Shown: positions 10,467 through 20,099 of the stretch, piece by piece | How positions within the stretch are numbered: the first letter of the stretch is position 1 | Layout of the letters: each line of letters opens with the position of its first letter | IMG/VR virus record: IMGVR_UViG_3300044617_002200 | Span: 19,406 to 83,405 of that record | Direction: 5' to 3' (one strand) | DNA length: 64,000 bases | From: a virus | Translations under genes and position numbers: made by a program | Notes under the pieces: generated by a model | Told to the model about the DNA's origin: nothing | The model's input: only the letters and a program-made list of their open reading frames with translations | The model's database searches: none

Positions 10467-11384
10467 TCAAGTTATATTTCTAGGTTTTTCATTACTATAA
10501 TAGTAATTAACTCCAATAAAATCATCTCCAGATATTTGTTCCGCTGAGGATGTTTTCTTCAGATACATTTTAATTAAAAATTGCAACTCTTCATAACTAT
10601 CTTTATAAAGCGCTCTTAGATTTTTTGAAATTTCATTTTTATTAATTCTAGTTATAGAAGAATCCCCATCTTTTATAGATACCCAATCGCCCACCATGCT
10701 AACCGATTTTGCTATGTCAAAAGATTGTTTCTTATAAAAATTACATTCAAACAGTTTTTTATAAATAGCCATTTGATCATTATTAAGCTCTGGTTCTAAA
10801 TAATAATAAACAGGTATCTCGACTGTTGATCCATCTTCTGATATTTTTTCAGAACCGGAAGCGACTATTGGATAAAGACCTATCGAAGGAGGAACCGTAT
10901 TAAGCCACCAATTCCCAGTTATCTCAGTCACATCAAAAGCATCTGATTCTATAAGACCCCAAACTATAAAATCTACGCCAGGAACTCCTATTGAATCATC
11001 TTGAGAAACCCAGCCAGTAAAATTTGCTTTACCATAAACTGAATAATCTTGATTAACTACATACTTAATAACGTTTGAAACAATACTAGGGTCTGGATTT
11101 GTATAAATATAAACTGGACGATTATTTAAAAACGATGTTTGCGTATAAATTAAAGGCGAAGACGCGGGAAAGGTTTCTTCTATATATTTCGGAAATAAGC
11201 GCGGGCCAGGAGGAGTAGAACATCTTTGTATATCGGTACCTATTAAATTATTTAAATTACCTATATTAGAATCGTCTAAAAACCAGCTAGAGACTCTCGA
11301 AATAGGATACTCAGTTGGATTATTTAAATCCAAATAAACGCCTGAAACAAAATTATAAAAAGAATCTATAGCTGAATTATTCAC
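10467..11384 (-). CDS. Putative head-tail adaptor with an inserted beta domain
   Basis: 305 aa; WVSIKDGDSSITR motif near the C-terminus; synteny downstream of the capsid gene. Confidence 0.45.
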   Translation of the reverse strand: MNNSAIDSFYNFVSGVYLDLNNPTEYPISRVSSWFLDDSNIGNLNNLIGTDIQRCSTPPGPRLFPKYIEETFPASSPLIYTQTSFLNNRPVYIYTNPDPSIVSNVIKYVVNQDYSVYGKANFTGWVSQDDSIGVPGVDFIVWGLIESDAFDVTEITGNWWLNTVPPSIGLYPIVASGSEKISEDGSTVEIPVYYYLEPELNNDQMAIYKKLFECNFYKKQSFDIAKSVSMVGDWVSIKDGDSSITRINKNEISKNLRALYKDSYEELQFLIKMYLKKTSSAEQISGDDFIGVNYYYSNEKPRNIT

Positions 11385-11405
11385 ATAAGAAATTTACACA
11401 AAAAA

Positions 11406-11762
11406 TCAGGCCCCTTCTCTTAATATCTTGCGCGCTTTAGCTGGCAAATCATCCAGGTTTGTTTTTGCAACAGCTTGGACGCAAGAATTAGTTTTTGATT
11501 GCCATTTAATAAATTCAGCAACTAATCTATCGGTAAGAACTTTTCTATCTTGCGTTGGAACAAGGCCAATTTTATAAGCATGAGCTTGTAAATCAGTCAT
11601 ATTCATTTCTGATAAAAATTTAGAATATTCTTCTGTATTAGTTGTCTTATAAAGACATAAACTTTCTCCGAGTATCTCATCTAAGGAAGAAAAAGACTTT
11701 GGATTTAAAGTTTCATCTTTACCGTGAATTTCCATATTTTTTTTTGTTTTTTTTGATTTCAT
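11406..11762 (-). CDS. Hypothetical protein (short helical motif LSEMNMTDLQAHAYKIGL)
   Basis: 118 aa ORF after the capsid gene. Confidence 0.6.
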   Translation of the reverse strand: MKSKKTKKNMEIHGKDETLNPKSFSSLDEILGESLCLYKTTNTEEYSKFLSEMNMTDLQAHAYKIGLVPTQDRKVLTDRLVAEFIKWQSKTNSCVQAVAKTNLDDLPAKARKILREGA

Positions 11763-11808
11763 AAAAATAGACCTCTATTCTATTCTAGATATAAAGGCTT
11801 GTTTTTTC

Positions 11809-11840
11809 AAAAAAAAGAGCCGCGTAAAGCGGCTCTTTTA
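11809..11840 (-). terminator. Rho-independent terminator after the major capsid gene
   Basis: aaaagagccgc-gtaaa-gcggctctttt hairpin flanked by A/T runs. Confidence 0.8.
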
Positions 11841-11871
11841 AAGAATTAATTTCTTTTATGTTAGGTTCAGC

Positions 11872-12972
11872 TTAAACAATAAGTCCAACTGCAGCCTTAG
11901 CATCAACAGCCACGCGGCCCTCTTCTACAAAGCTGTAGAATCCAACCTTTTGACTGCGAGCTAAAAATTGGTCGTCTGGTAAAACCTTTACCTGTCCACG
12001 AGTTTCGCTTTGAATAGCGACTGGTCGCAAGAAAGCGTTACGAGTGGAATCGACACCAATAATTAATTCACTAGCAGCACTATTAAAAGCACTTCCACCG
12101 AATTGAGTATTACCAGCTAAAGCTCCAAATAAATCATTATATTTGCGAGATCTACCTAACTCTAAGAGTTCGTGAATTTTAACACCAAATATTTCATTTG
12201 TTCCGGCACTGCGGTAAATGTCTTCTCTAACATTATCTGGAAGAGCTACATTACCGGCACTGTTTCCAGCACCATTTCTGGTGTTCATTGGCTGATAAGC
12301 AAAACCACGAATTTGCTCTTTGATTTCGGGACTAACATAAATATCTGTTAGACCACGGCTTTGATTTCCAACAGGAGTACCTCCAGTGTAAGCAGTGTTT
12401 AATCTACGAACTAAAGTCCATAGCTTATTCATATCATCGAGCTGGAATGTTCCTGGAGTACCAGCGCGGAAAACGTGCTTAGAATTATTAGTTTCGGCGT
12501 CAGCCAAAAGCTTTAAAATAACAGCCCAAGCATTTCTCTCTTGCTTAACTAAAAGTTCATTGGCCATTCTCTCTAAACCTGCAGCGACAACATCTAATCT
12601 TGCTCTACGAACATATCTTTTATCCATAGAAATAGCGCTATCAAGACGATAAGTATTTACTTTCATTTCTTGAAGCCCTTGGACAAAATTAGTTGGAAGA
12701 CCACCACCAACAGTTTGGCTCCAAACGCTAATATGACCCTCATTTAAACCATAATAAAGGTCTAAAGGAATCGAGGGAGAGTCGTCCTCATCAAATTCTA
12801 CATCACGATAGAAAGCCGAGGCTGTAGATGATTGCAACAAAACTTGCTGAATGACATCTCCGATAAATGCAGCAAATGCTTCTTGAGCTTCAGCAGCGAC
12901 AATTTTATTGTCCGATGCCAAGGCTTTAATTAGTTCTATTTGCTCTGGATTTTTTTCAAATTGAATTTTCAT
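11872..12972 (-). CDS. Major capsid protein
   Basis: 366 aa, downstream of protease/scaffold and decoration genes, followed by a strong terminator; HK97-like layout (DIYVSPEIKEQIR, EIFGVKIHEL, VGFYSFVEEG). Confidence 0.8.
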   Translation of the reverse strand: MKIQFEKNPEQIELIKALASDNKIVAAEAQEAFAAFIGDVIQQVLLQSSTASAFYRDVEFDEDDSPSIPLDLYYGLNEGHISVWSQTVGGGLPTNFVQGLQEMKVNTYRLDSAISMDKRYVRRARLDVVAAGLERMANELLVKQERNAWAVILKLLADAETNNSKHVFRAGTPGTFQLDDMNKLWTLVRRLNTAYTGGTPVGNQSRGLTDIYVSPEIKEQIRGFAYQPMNTRNGAGNSAGNVALPDNVREDIYRSAGTNEIFGVKIHELLELGRSRKYNDLFGALAGNTQFGGSAFNSAASELIIGVDSTRNAFLRPVAIQSETRGQVKVLPDDQFLARSQKVGFYSFVEEGRVAVDAKAAVGLIV

Positions 12973-13006
12973 ATATTTTTTTCTTCTATTTTTTTTCTTC
13001 TATTTT

Positions 13007-13543
13007 TTAAAGTTCGATTTTTAAAAGTGCATATCCTTCTGCATCTTTAGGTCCTAAGAATTTGCCTACAGTCTTAGAAGAATAAGCAACAACTTTTAGA
13101 TCGCCGTTACCAGCATCAGCAACAGCGGCTCCACTACCAAAACCGGGGTTACCTTGTGCTACATGAGCTAAAACGATACCCTTGGTTAATATTGGAGCAG
13201 CCTGTCCACTAACAATAACGTCCATCTCAGCTGCTTTGCGGGGGTTAAATAACAAAACTTCTCCGTTTTCATCAAACTTACGAACATCTTTTAATAAAAG
13301 CCCAACAATATTGCCAGCAGTGGATCCAGAAGCGGCAGGCGCGACTGTCCAGGGAACATTAAATTGAGCGGAAAAAGTGTTATCATAAGCTGATAAATTA
13401 TCAACAGATGTGTTTGCTTTTAAATCGATGCCATTACCAACAGCTGTTACAACTGCTCCTTTATTAACGGATTCTGCATTAACAGCAAAAAGGTTAATAA
13501 CATCGTGTTCATCATAATCTCTAAATGGTTTTAAATTTGCCAT
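13007..13543 (-). CDS. Putative capsid decoration/cement protein
   Basis: 178 aa Gly/Ala/Val-rich ORF between scaffold and capsid; paralog at 46307-46867. Confidence 0.6.
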   Translation of the reverse strand: MANLKPFRDYDEHDVINLFAVNAESVNKGAVVTAVGNGIDLKANTSVDNLSAYDNTFSAQFNVPWTVAPAASGSTAGNIVGLLLKDVRKFDENGEVLLFNPRKAAEMDVIVSGQAAPILTKGIVLAHVAQGNPGFGSGAAVADAGNGDLKVVAYSSKTVGKFLGPKDAEGYALLKIEL

Positions 13544-13560
13544 AATTTTTTTATCTTTCT

Positions 13561-15414
13561 TTATTTAATTTTTACGCTATTTTTATTAAAAGCTGCATTG
13601 ATTTTTTCGACCAACGAGGCTTCTTGAGGAGAGGATGCGTTAGGAAGAACTTCTTCTTTCACCTCTGCACTCGAAATTATTTCTTCTACAGATTTATTTT
13701 CACTAGCTTTAACTTCTTCTTTAACTTTTTCTTCGTTAACTTTTTTACTTTCCATTTTCTTGTTGGATTTCTTTTTCGCGGCAGCTAGTGTTGAAAATTT
13801 CTTATACCACTTTTCAAATTGCTCATCGTTCTCTATAGTATTTAAATCTTCTGCTACTATAGAGCGATCTTCTTCAGACAATTCGAATTCTTCATCTATT
13901 AAAGACATTCTGTTTTGAAAGTTAACTTCAATCTCTTTTGCTCGCAAGTCTTCTTGAAGTTTTGAAAAATCATTTTTCACTTGTTCGCTTTCAGTTTTTA
14001 TTTTGTCTATTTCTGCATTTAAGGAAGAAAGTTTTTCTTCAGCTAATTGCAAAGCATTTTCTTTTTCTTCAACTTTAGTTTTCCATTCAGAAGCCAGCTC
14101 GTTAATTTTATTAGAAATAAAATCTCTAACTTCGCTAGCAGCCAATTCTTTAATGGAAGACTCCGTTATATCTTCAATAGTTTTTACTTGCATAGTATTT
14201 TTTACATTTTTATTTTCTTCTTGGACACTTTTTTTATTAATTTTAATTTCAGAAGATTCGATTTCATTTTCATCTAAACTATCTTCCTCGCTTTCATCCA
14301 TATCATCTTGCTTTTCTAATTTAATATATTCTTCGGCTTTCTCTTTAGAGTCAAAGCATTTTTCCATTTCACCATCTTCAAAAACAGCGTATCCATCACA
14401 ACCTTCTACATCTTGTTTAATTTCATAATTAGAAGCTTTAGATTGCTGGTCTTTATTTTTTTGAATATTCCTATCAGAAACAATCACTCCGCTTACTTCA
14501 GCTGCGGGGTTATTTGTAAACCCAATACCGAGAGGTAAAACATTTCCTGTTAAATTTAAAAGCAATAAATCTCCATCTTCCGCAAAACCATTACCGCCGA
14601 AAACTTTTAACTTGTCTTTCAAACTAACAATCTCTTTATCATTTTCTATGATAGTTGCTTCAGCTAGATTTTTATTACCTTTTGCTATATTAAATTCATT
14701 AAATCCAAGTTCCCAACTCGCACTTATAGATAAATATTTAGAAGAAGACGGGTCATTACTATCAATTAATTCAGATGCAAACTCTGGATTAGCTACTTTC
14801 CATATATATCCAGAAAGAACAACGTTAAATGGATCTTTCGTATTTTTAATATCTTCTAAAGATAATGGGCGACTACTACCAAATTCACTAAAACCATAAC
14901 CAGTACAAACGCCTACTATAACTCTACGATTATGCTCTATATTAAAAGGCTTGTTAACAAAATTTTCCACCATAGATAAAGCAACGTCTGTTCCTATAAT
15001 ATGTCCGTTTTTGTTTCCACGGTTTACAACAAATGCATCGAATGCAACTGCCATCAAATCCTTGTTAACATCTAAGTTTATATTTTCTGGGATATATTGT
15101 TTTAATTGATCTATAGAAGCCATTGCTAAATATTTATCTTCTTCTAGAGATATCATTGCTTGTACCAATATTCCGTCAAATTTAATTGAATATTTAAAAT
15201 CCTCAAATGCTCTCATTTTACAATTTACACTTCCATCTGATAAAAATGCAATATTTTTCAATTTATTATTAATTTTAATTCTATTATCTTTTAGATGATT
15301 TAACTCAAAGGCACAAACAGAAATAGGTCTCGAAAAAGAATATAAAACATCGGATAGATCAAACCCACTTTTAGGATCAATAATTTCTGTTATTGTTTCG
15401 TCATAAAAAGGCAT
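13561..15414 (-). CDS. Prohead protease fused to a coiled-coil scaffold
   Basis: NKNGH, KPFNIEH, SISASWEL, GIGFTNNPA motifs followed by a long acidic coiled coil. Confidence 0.75.
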   Translation of the reverse strand: MPFYDETITEIIDPKSGFDLSDVLYSFSRPISVCAFELNHLKDNRIKINNKLKNIAFLSDGSVNCKMRAFEDFKYSIKFDGILVQAMISLEEDKYLAMASIDQLKQYIPENINLDVNKDLMAVAFDAFVVNRGNKNGHIIGTDVALSMVENFVNKPFNIEHNRRVIVGVCTGYGFSEFGSSRPLSLEDIKNTKDPFNVVLSGYIWKVANPEFASELIDSNDPSSSKYLSISASWELGFNEFNIAKGNKNLAEATIIENDKEIVSLKDKLKVFGGNGFAEDGDLLLLNLTGNVLPLGIGFTNNPAAEVSGVIVSDRNIQKNKDQQSKASNYEIKQDVEGCDGYAVFEDGEMEKCFDSKEKAEEYIKLEKQDDMDESEEDSLDENEIESSEIKINKKSVQEENKNVKNTMQVKTIEDITESSIKELAASEVRDFISNKINELASEWKTKVEEKENALQLAEEKLSSLNAEIDKIKTESEQVKNDFSKLQEDLRAKEIEVNFQNRMSLIDEEFELSEEDRSIVAEDLNTIENDEQFEKWYKKFSTLAAAKKKSNKKMESKKVNEEKVKEEVKASENKSVEEIISSAEVKEEVLPNASSPQEASLVEKINAAFNKNSVKIK

Positions 15415-15464
15415 AAATAATATTAATTATATATAAAATTATACACTTATTAAATTTTAATATA

Positions 15465-15938
15465 CTATAAAAGTGCTGCTTGAAAATGCATCCAATCATA
15501 ATTTCTAGCTCTACCCAAGCTAACCCAGTTTTCTGATTCTACTATTTTCCAGAAATCTCTATACTCTGCTTTAGCAAAACTTGCTTGTTTATTGGTCATT
15601 TTCAAAGTATTTCTATCTGGATCTAAATCCACTGCAGCGCCCCAAGAATGAATAGACCAACTAGACCCACCCCTCATTTTTCTAACATTTAAACACCCGC
15701 CAAAAACATCAAGTCTTAGTCGTTGTATTTCTTTCAAACCATATGTTTTGAGTGTTTTTTCAAAAATTGTATGTAAAGATTCCGAAACTTTTTTATTACA
15801 AGTTAATCTTTTTATCACAGTGTTAGTATCCCATGCAAGCTTTAAAGAATACGGTAAATCTAATCTAGATTGGTTTTCGCCAACTGGACCATAATAATCT
15901 AGCATAGATTGTAAATTTTGTTTAGGCCAATTATTCAT
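15465..15938 (-). CDS. Endolysin, peptidase M15 family
   Basis: R-x-M-R, SIHSWGAAVD and DWMHFQ zinc-ligand motifs; likely start MNNWPKQ. Confidence 0.85.
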   Translation of the reverse strand: MNNWPKQNLQSMLDYYGPVGENQSRLDLPYSLKLAWDTNTVIKRLTCNKKVSESLHTIFEKTLKTYGLKEIQRLRLDVFGGCLNVRKMRGGSSWSIHSWGAAVDLDPDRNTLKMTNKQASFAKAEYRDFWKIVESENWVSLGRARNYDWMHFQAALL

Positions 15939-16404
15939 TATCTTTTTGTATCCACTCCAAAGGGGCATAAGAAGGATCATTCTTAAATTTTTCAGCGTAA
16001 TTTATTATAACGTTCTCATTTATTTCTTCACTTGTATATTTATGATCGCCTTCTAAATTTACACTGCTATTAGATTGCATTTTATAATCTAAAACCGTTT
16101 GAACACCTAAATAGCTAGCAATTATTACGGCTAATATTTTTATAGTTTCTGTAAATATAGAAACAAAAGGCAATGTCAAATTAGGGAAACTAGCAGTTAA
16201 AAACAAAACGACAATACTAGCTAAATAAAAAATTGCCAATATCACAACAGAGCAAAAAACAACATAAAACTTTTTTGAAGTAAAAAAATTAATTTTACTA
16301 AAATCTTCCTTATATTTTATGGGAGTATTTATTGGCGATTTATTAAACTGCAACATAGAAACGAGGGAAGATGCTATATTAGCTATGGAGCGTTGTAAGT
16401 ACAT
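15931..16404 (-). CDS. Putative holin (2 TM helices)
   Basis: Two hydrophobic segments, adjacent to the endolysin; ATG at 16404 follows a GTGTAATA motif. Confidence 0.6.
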   Translation of the reverse strand: MYLQRSIANIASSLVSMLQFNKSPINTPIKYKEDFSKINFFTSKKFYVVFCSVVILAIFYLASIVVLFLTASFPNLTLPFVSIFTETIKILAVIIASYLGVQTVLDYKMQSNSSVNLEGDHKYTSEEINENVIINYAEKFKNDPSYAPLEWIQKDNE

Positions 16405-16514
16405 GACTTTATTAATAATATTACACAACCTAATAATAATCCTGACATAAATAATAAAACATCAAGGTTTCTTTTTAAGAATTGTAAAATTACTTTTTTA
16501 AATAAAGTTTTCAT
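16383..16514 (-). CDS. Small membrane protein in the lysis cassette
   Basis: MKTLFKKVILQFLKRNLDVLLFMSGLLLGCVILLIKSCTYNAP; one TM helix. Confidence 0.4.
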   Translation of the reverse strand: MKTLFKKVILQFLKRNLDVLLFMSGLLLGCVILLIKSCTYNAP

Positions 16515-16519
16515 ATATT

Positions 16520-17206
16520 TTATAATACGCCCTTCATTCTTAAGTAAACTCCGCCTCCGATCATAAGACAAAGAAAAGCTATAACAATATATAATTTCAA
16601 AATATGAAGATCTTTTTTAATTGTTTCTTTTTGTAATTTATTTAAATCTTCAATCATTTTTGTATTGTATTTTTGTTGCTTTAATAACTCGTCGTCAATA
16701 TCTTGAGCTAATTGCTTAAGCCTGAGGTTGTCTTTTTCTAACTGCTCTTTAAATTCTTTGGTTTGTAAAAGTTCCTTCCATTCTTCCGAATTTTCAACCA
16801 GAAGTTTTGCGTGTTTAAGATTTTCTGGAATAACAAGTCTTAAAATAGTTTCTTCTTCGTCTTTATAAGAAGTAGAAGTAATAATGTTACTAACTAGCTT
16901 ATCGGTACGGCTCGAATTACCAGGCGAAGTTTTAATGTCGTTATTAGTATTTACAGAGCTAATAGATTTTATTTTTTTAGTTAAAATAGGAGGTATTTTT
17001 ATAGGATTTTTAGGAGGATAAGCTAATTTCTTAGCTTGTTCAGCGTATTCAAAAGCTTTTTCAAATCTAGCATTTTTAATTCCTTCGGAAGTAGCAAAAA
17101 CAGCTTGAGACAAAGCCTCGCTTCTTTTTTCTGTATAAATAGTACAAGAGCTACCAATAAAACAAAACAAAAATATAAGAATAAAAGTAAAATATTTCTT
17201 TTTCAT
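16520..17206 (-). CDS. Lipoprotein with C-terminal TM helix, putative unimolecular spanin
   Basis: Signal peptide with lipobox (FIGSS-C), coiled coil, C-terminal LYIVIAFLCLMIGGGVYL; located in the lysis cassette. Confidence 0.6.
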   Translation of the reverse strand: MKKKYFTFILIFLFCFIGSSCTIYTEKRSEALSQAVFATSEGIKNARFEKAFEYAEQAKKLAYPPKNPIKIPPILTKKIKSISSVNTNNDIKTSPGNSSRTDKLVSNIITSTSYKDEEETILRLVIPENLKHAKLLVENSEEWKELLQTKEFKEQLEKDNLRLKQLAQDIDDELLKQQKYNTKMIEDLNKLQKETIKKDLHILKLYIVIAFLCLMIGGGVYLRMKGVL

Positions 17207-17246
17207 AAAGATAATGTATATTACACTTTATTCTTTTTAAGATATA

Positions 17247-20099
17247 TTAATTATCCAAATCGGTTATTACTAATTGATCATTAGAATTATAGTAGGATAA
17301 ACGAGATTGGTTATTTGAATTTTTTAAAAATTTTACAGAATAAGACGAATAAACATGTGCATTCTGTGCAGCAAGATTCAAATTAGAACCAGAAAAAGAA
17401 CCTTCATTATATCTAAAATTATCACCAATTACATTTTTTTCGAAATTGTTGAAAATATTATTTTCAAAAAAATTACCTATTAATAAGTTACTATTAAAGT
17501 TTTGCCCTATGTAATTTTTATAGAAAGAACCCTTTATTAAATTTCCCGAAAAAGAGTTTGATATTTCATTATTAAAACACTTAGAAATATTATTTGAATT
17601 AAATTGGTCACCTACTGCATTAGAATAAAATCCACTTCCTATAATATTTGAAGAAAACTCGTCTCCTATTTTATTTCTATAAAAATATCGAGCATCAATA
17701 GTATTATTGCTAAAATCTGACCCTATTTCATTAGAATAACAATTAATGTTTTGACCGCTAGGAACATAAAAAACACTGTTTATTAATTTTTTAATATATA
17801 TATCTTTAACACCTGTAGAATTTAAAATCCCCGTATTAGTAATTGAGTTTGAAAAAATCGGCTGTTGTATCAAAGCTCCTGTTAAAACTGGTAGTGTCAA
17901 AATATTTGTTGAGCCATTTGATTTTATATTAAAAAAGTCTAACTCGTCACTTGTAGCAAAATAACTATCTGCTTCAATAAAAGGAGTTAACTGCTGCCAC
18001 CAATCAGAATTCTGATCTGGGCTTTTATTTATATTTGAATTTTTTAGAGAGATAAATAACTTACCAGCACTTGTTTTTACAACATCGTCTTTACTATAAT
18101 TATAGGATGTGCTGTATAAAACAACCGAGCTTAAATCTAATTTACCGCAATTTACGGTCAAATTTCTCCAATCACAAGATATATCAATACTATTTTTAGT
18201 GTCTATTCTTCTATAAATCCAACCCTTAAAATCATTTATTTCTGTATTATTATTGCTCTCCCAAGTATAACTGGTTTTAGCTTCGTCATCATAATATATA
18301 ATATCTTCTGGATATATTGTTGAAAAAGCATTTTTGGCGATGGAATTTTTGGTTAAAGCCATAACAACCAAAGGTTCAAAGTATTTCCCACTTTTTACTG
18401 TTTTATCTGTACTACTTTTGTTCCACCATTTAGAAATAAAATCGGTTATCTCATAATAAGAACCTTCTGTTAAAAGGTTGTTGTTTTTTAAATTTTTGAA
18501 CCCACTAAAAGTTAATTTATTATAATTTTGATAATTCTCTGATTCTATTACTTGTTGGTTTGAATAATTTTTAAGCCTCCACTCCGGAGAAATAAATACA
18601 AACTCCGCAAAATCGCCTATTTTAGGATTTTGTATATTATACAATGTTAAATTCTCGGAAAAAGAGTTTCCAGTTAAATATTTAAATCTAAAACTTAAAG
18701 AGTCTGGATTCTGAATATTTAAAGAAACATTGTAATATAATATATCTCCATTTTGAGCGTTTTGACCAGAAACATCTGGTAAATCAATTATACATGCTCC
18801 TGTCGTATCAAAAAGACAATCAATATATAAATTTCTAGATGCAGGCGTTTTCGAAATTAAAAAATCATCAACAAACCATGCGCTGTTAACTTTATCATAG
18901 CCAGTCAAATAATTTAGAGTTTCTTCTAATAAGAAGATATCCCCCATTTCATGCGGGTGTTCTGATTTAGCGTATTGTAGAAACGGAATAGACTCTAATG
19001 TCCAAAAATTCGAATTTTTATTCTTAAATTCTATAAAATAATCTCTATTAGAAATCTCTGAATATATATTATATAAAGAATAATAGTCAGGCCCCTCTAA
19101 TAAATTTTGCCCGTTAAAAGATATTTTGTATTCATAACCAGATTTAATTTTATTAATTAAAACTGGATCTACATATGACAATTTAAATTTTATATTATTT
19201 CCAGATTCAGATAAGTTCAAATCCGGTAAGTTTATATTAAAATCCCCAGTTTGGTAAATATAAATATCGTATTCAGTATTATTTTTATTCGTTAAAAAAA
19301 TATTTCTATTTCCACTCAAAAAAATACTTTCAAAGTTTATTTTATTTGAAAAGGCACTATTTGAACCCCAATTTATTTTTTTTAGCGCTCTTTTCTCATA
19401 AAGGGGATGAATGATAGGATAAACAAGATTAGGAATTAAAGGCCCATCATATTCTATCATCACATAAGATTCAAAATCTGAATTTAAATCTTGTTGATTT
19501 TGTTTTGATATATTAACGATATTTCCAGTTCTTATCCCTAAAGGTAAATCAACCGATTCAGTAAATGGTACTCCAAATAAATTATATATTCCAAAAGAAG
19601 TATGTCCGTTAATCGTATCAATATAAGAATTTCCCTCTAAAATTATATTAGAGTCTTTATCAAAAACTACGTCTACTCCAGAAAAATAAACTCCAGAAGT
19701 AAAAAAAGATTTTGACCCAGAAATAAAATTTTGAAGACCAACAATATCCCCTTCCAACAAGATTTTTTTACCGCTTATATATATTGCTTTATCAAATATT
19801 TTTTCTCCAGAAATTATTTGATCACCAGTTGTATAAACTACATTTTCTAAATTTATAATCCCGGTGCCAGAAATGATATTATTAGTGATATCGCCTTCAA
19901 GTAAAACTCTTTTGTTATCAACTATAGGTCTGTTCGAAAAAGTTTTTTGACCTTGTATATTTTGATTTCCAGTAGTATATACAACATCTTTAATTAAACT
20001 ATCAACTTGCCCAAAAGATGGGAAAAGTAATTGTCCATATTCATAAACTGCTCCGCTAATATCAGCGTCAATTTGTCTTCTTTTAATTAAACTTCTCAT
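17247..20099 (-). CDS. Virion fibre/structural protein with C-terminal Asn-rich beta-helix repeats
   Basis: VVYTTGNQ-I-G-KTF fibre repeats; NxIGxxF repeats; C-terminal half paralogous to 39077-41647. Confidence 0.65.
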   Translation of the reverse strand: MRSLIKRRQIDADISGAVYEYGQLLFPSFGQVDSLIKDVVYTTGNQNIQGQKTFSNRPIVDNKRVLLEGDITNNIISGTGIINLENVVYTTGDQIISGEKIFDKAIYISGKKILLEGDIVGLQNFISGSKSFFTSGVYFSGVDVVFDKDSNIILEGNSYIDTINGHTSFGIYNLFGVPFTESVDLPLGIRTGNIVNISKQNQQDLNSDFESYVMIEYDGPLIPNLVYPIIHPLYEKRALKKINWGSNSAFSNKINFESIFLSGNRNIFLTNKNNTEYDIYIYQTGDFNINLPDLNLSESGNNIKFKLSYVDPVLINKIKSGYEYKISFNGQNLLEGPDYYSLYNIYSEISNRDYFIEFKNKNSNFWTLESIPFLQYAKSEHPHEMGDIFLLEETLNYLTGYDKVNSAWFVDDFLISKTPASRNLYIDCLFDTTGACIIDLPDVSGQNAQNGDILYYNVSLNIQNPDSLSFRFKYLTGNSFSENLTLYNIQNPKIGDFAEFVFISPEWRLKNYSNQQVIESENYQNYNKLTFSGFKNLKNNNLLTEGSYYEITDFISKWWNKSSTDKTVKSGKYFEPLVVMALTKNSIAKNAFSTIYPEDIIYYDDEAKTSYTWESNNNTEINDFKGWIYRRIDTKNSIDISCDWRNLTVNCGKLDLSSVVLYSTSYNYSKDDVVKTSAGKLFISLKNSNINKSPDQNSDWWQQLTPFIEADSYFATSDELDFFNIKSNGSTNILTLPVLTGALIQQPIFSNSITNTGILNSTGVKDIYIKKLINSVFYVPSGQNINCYSNEIGSDFSNNTIDARYFYRNKIGDEFSSNIIGSGFYSNAVGDQFNSNNISKCFNNEISNSFSGNLIKGSFYKNYIGQNFNSNLLIGNFFENNIFNNFEKNVIGDNFRYNEGSFSGSNLNLAAQNAHVYSSYSVKFLKNSNNQSRLSYYNSNDQLVITDLDN

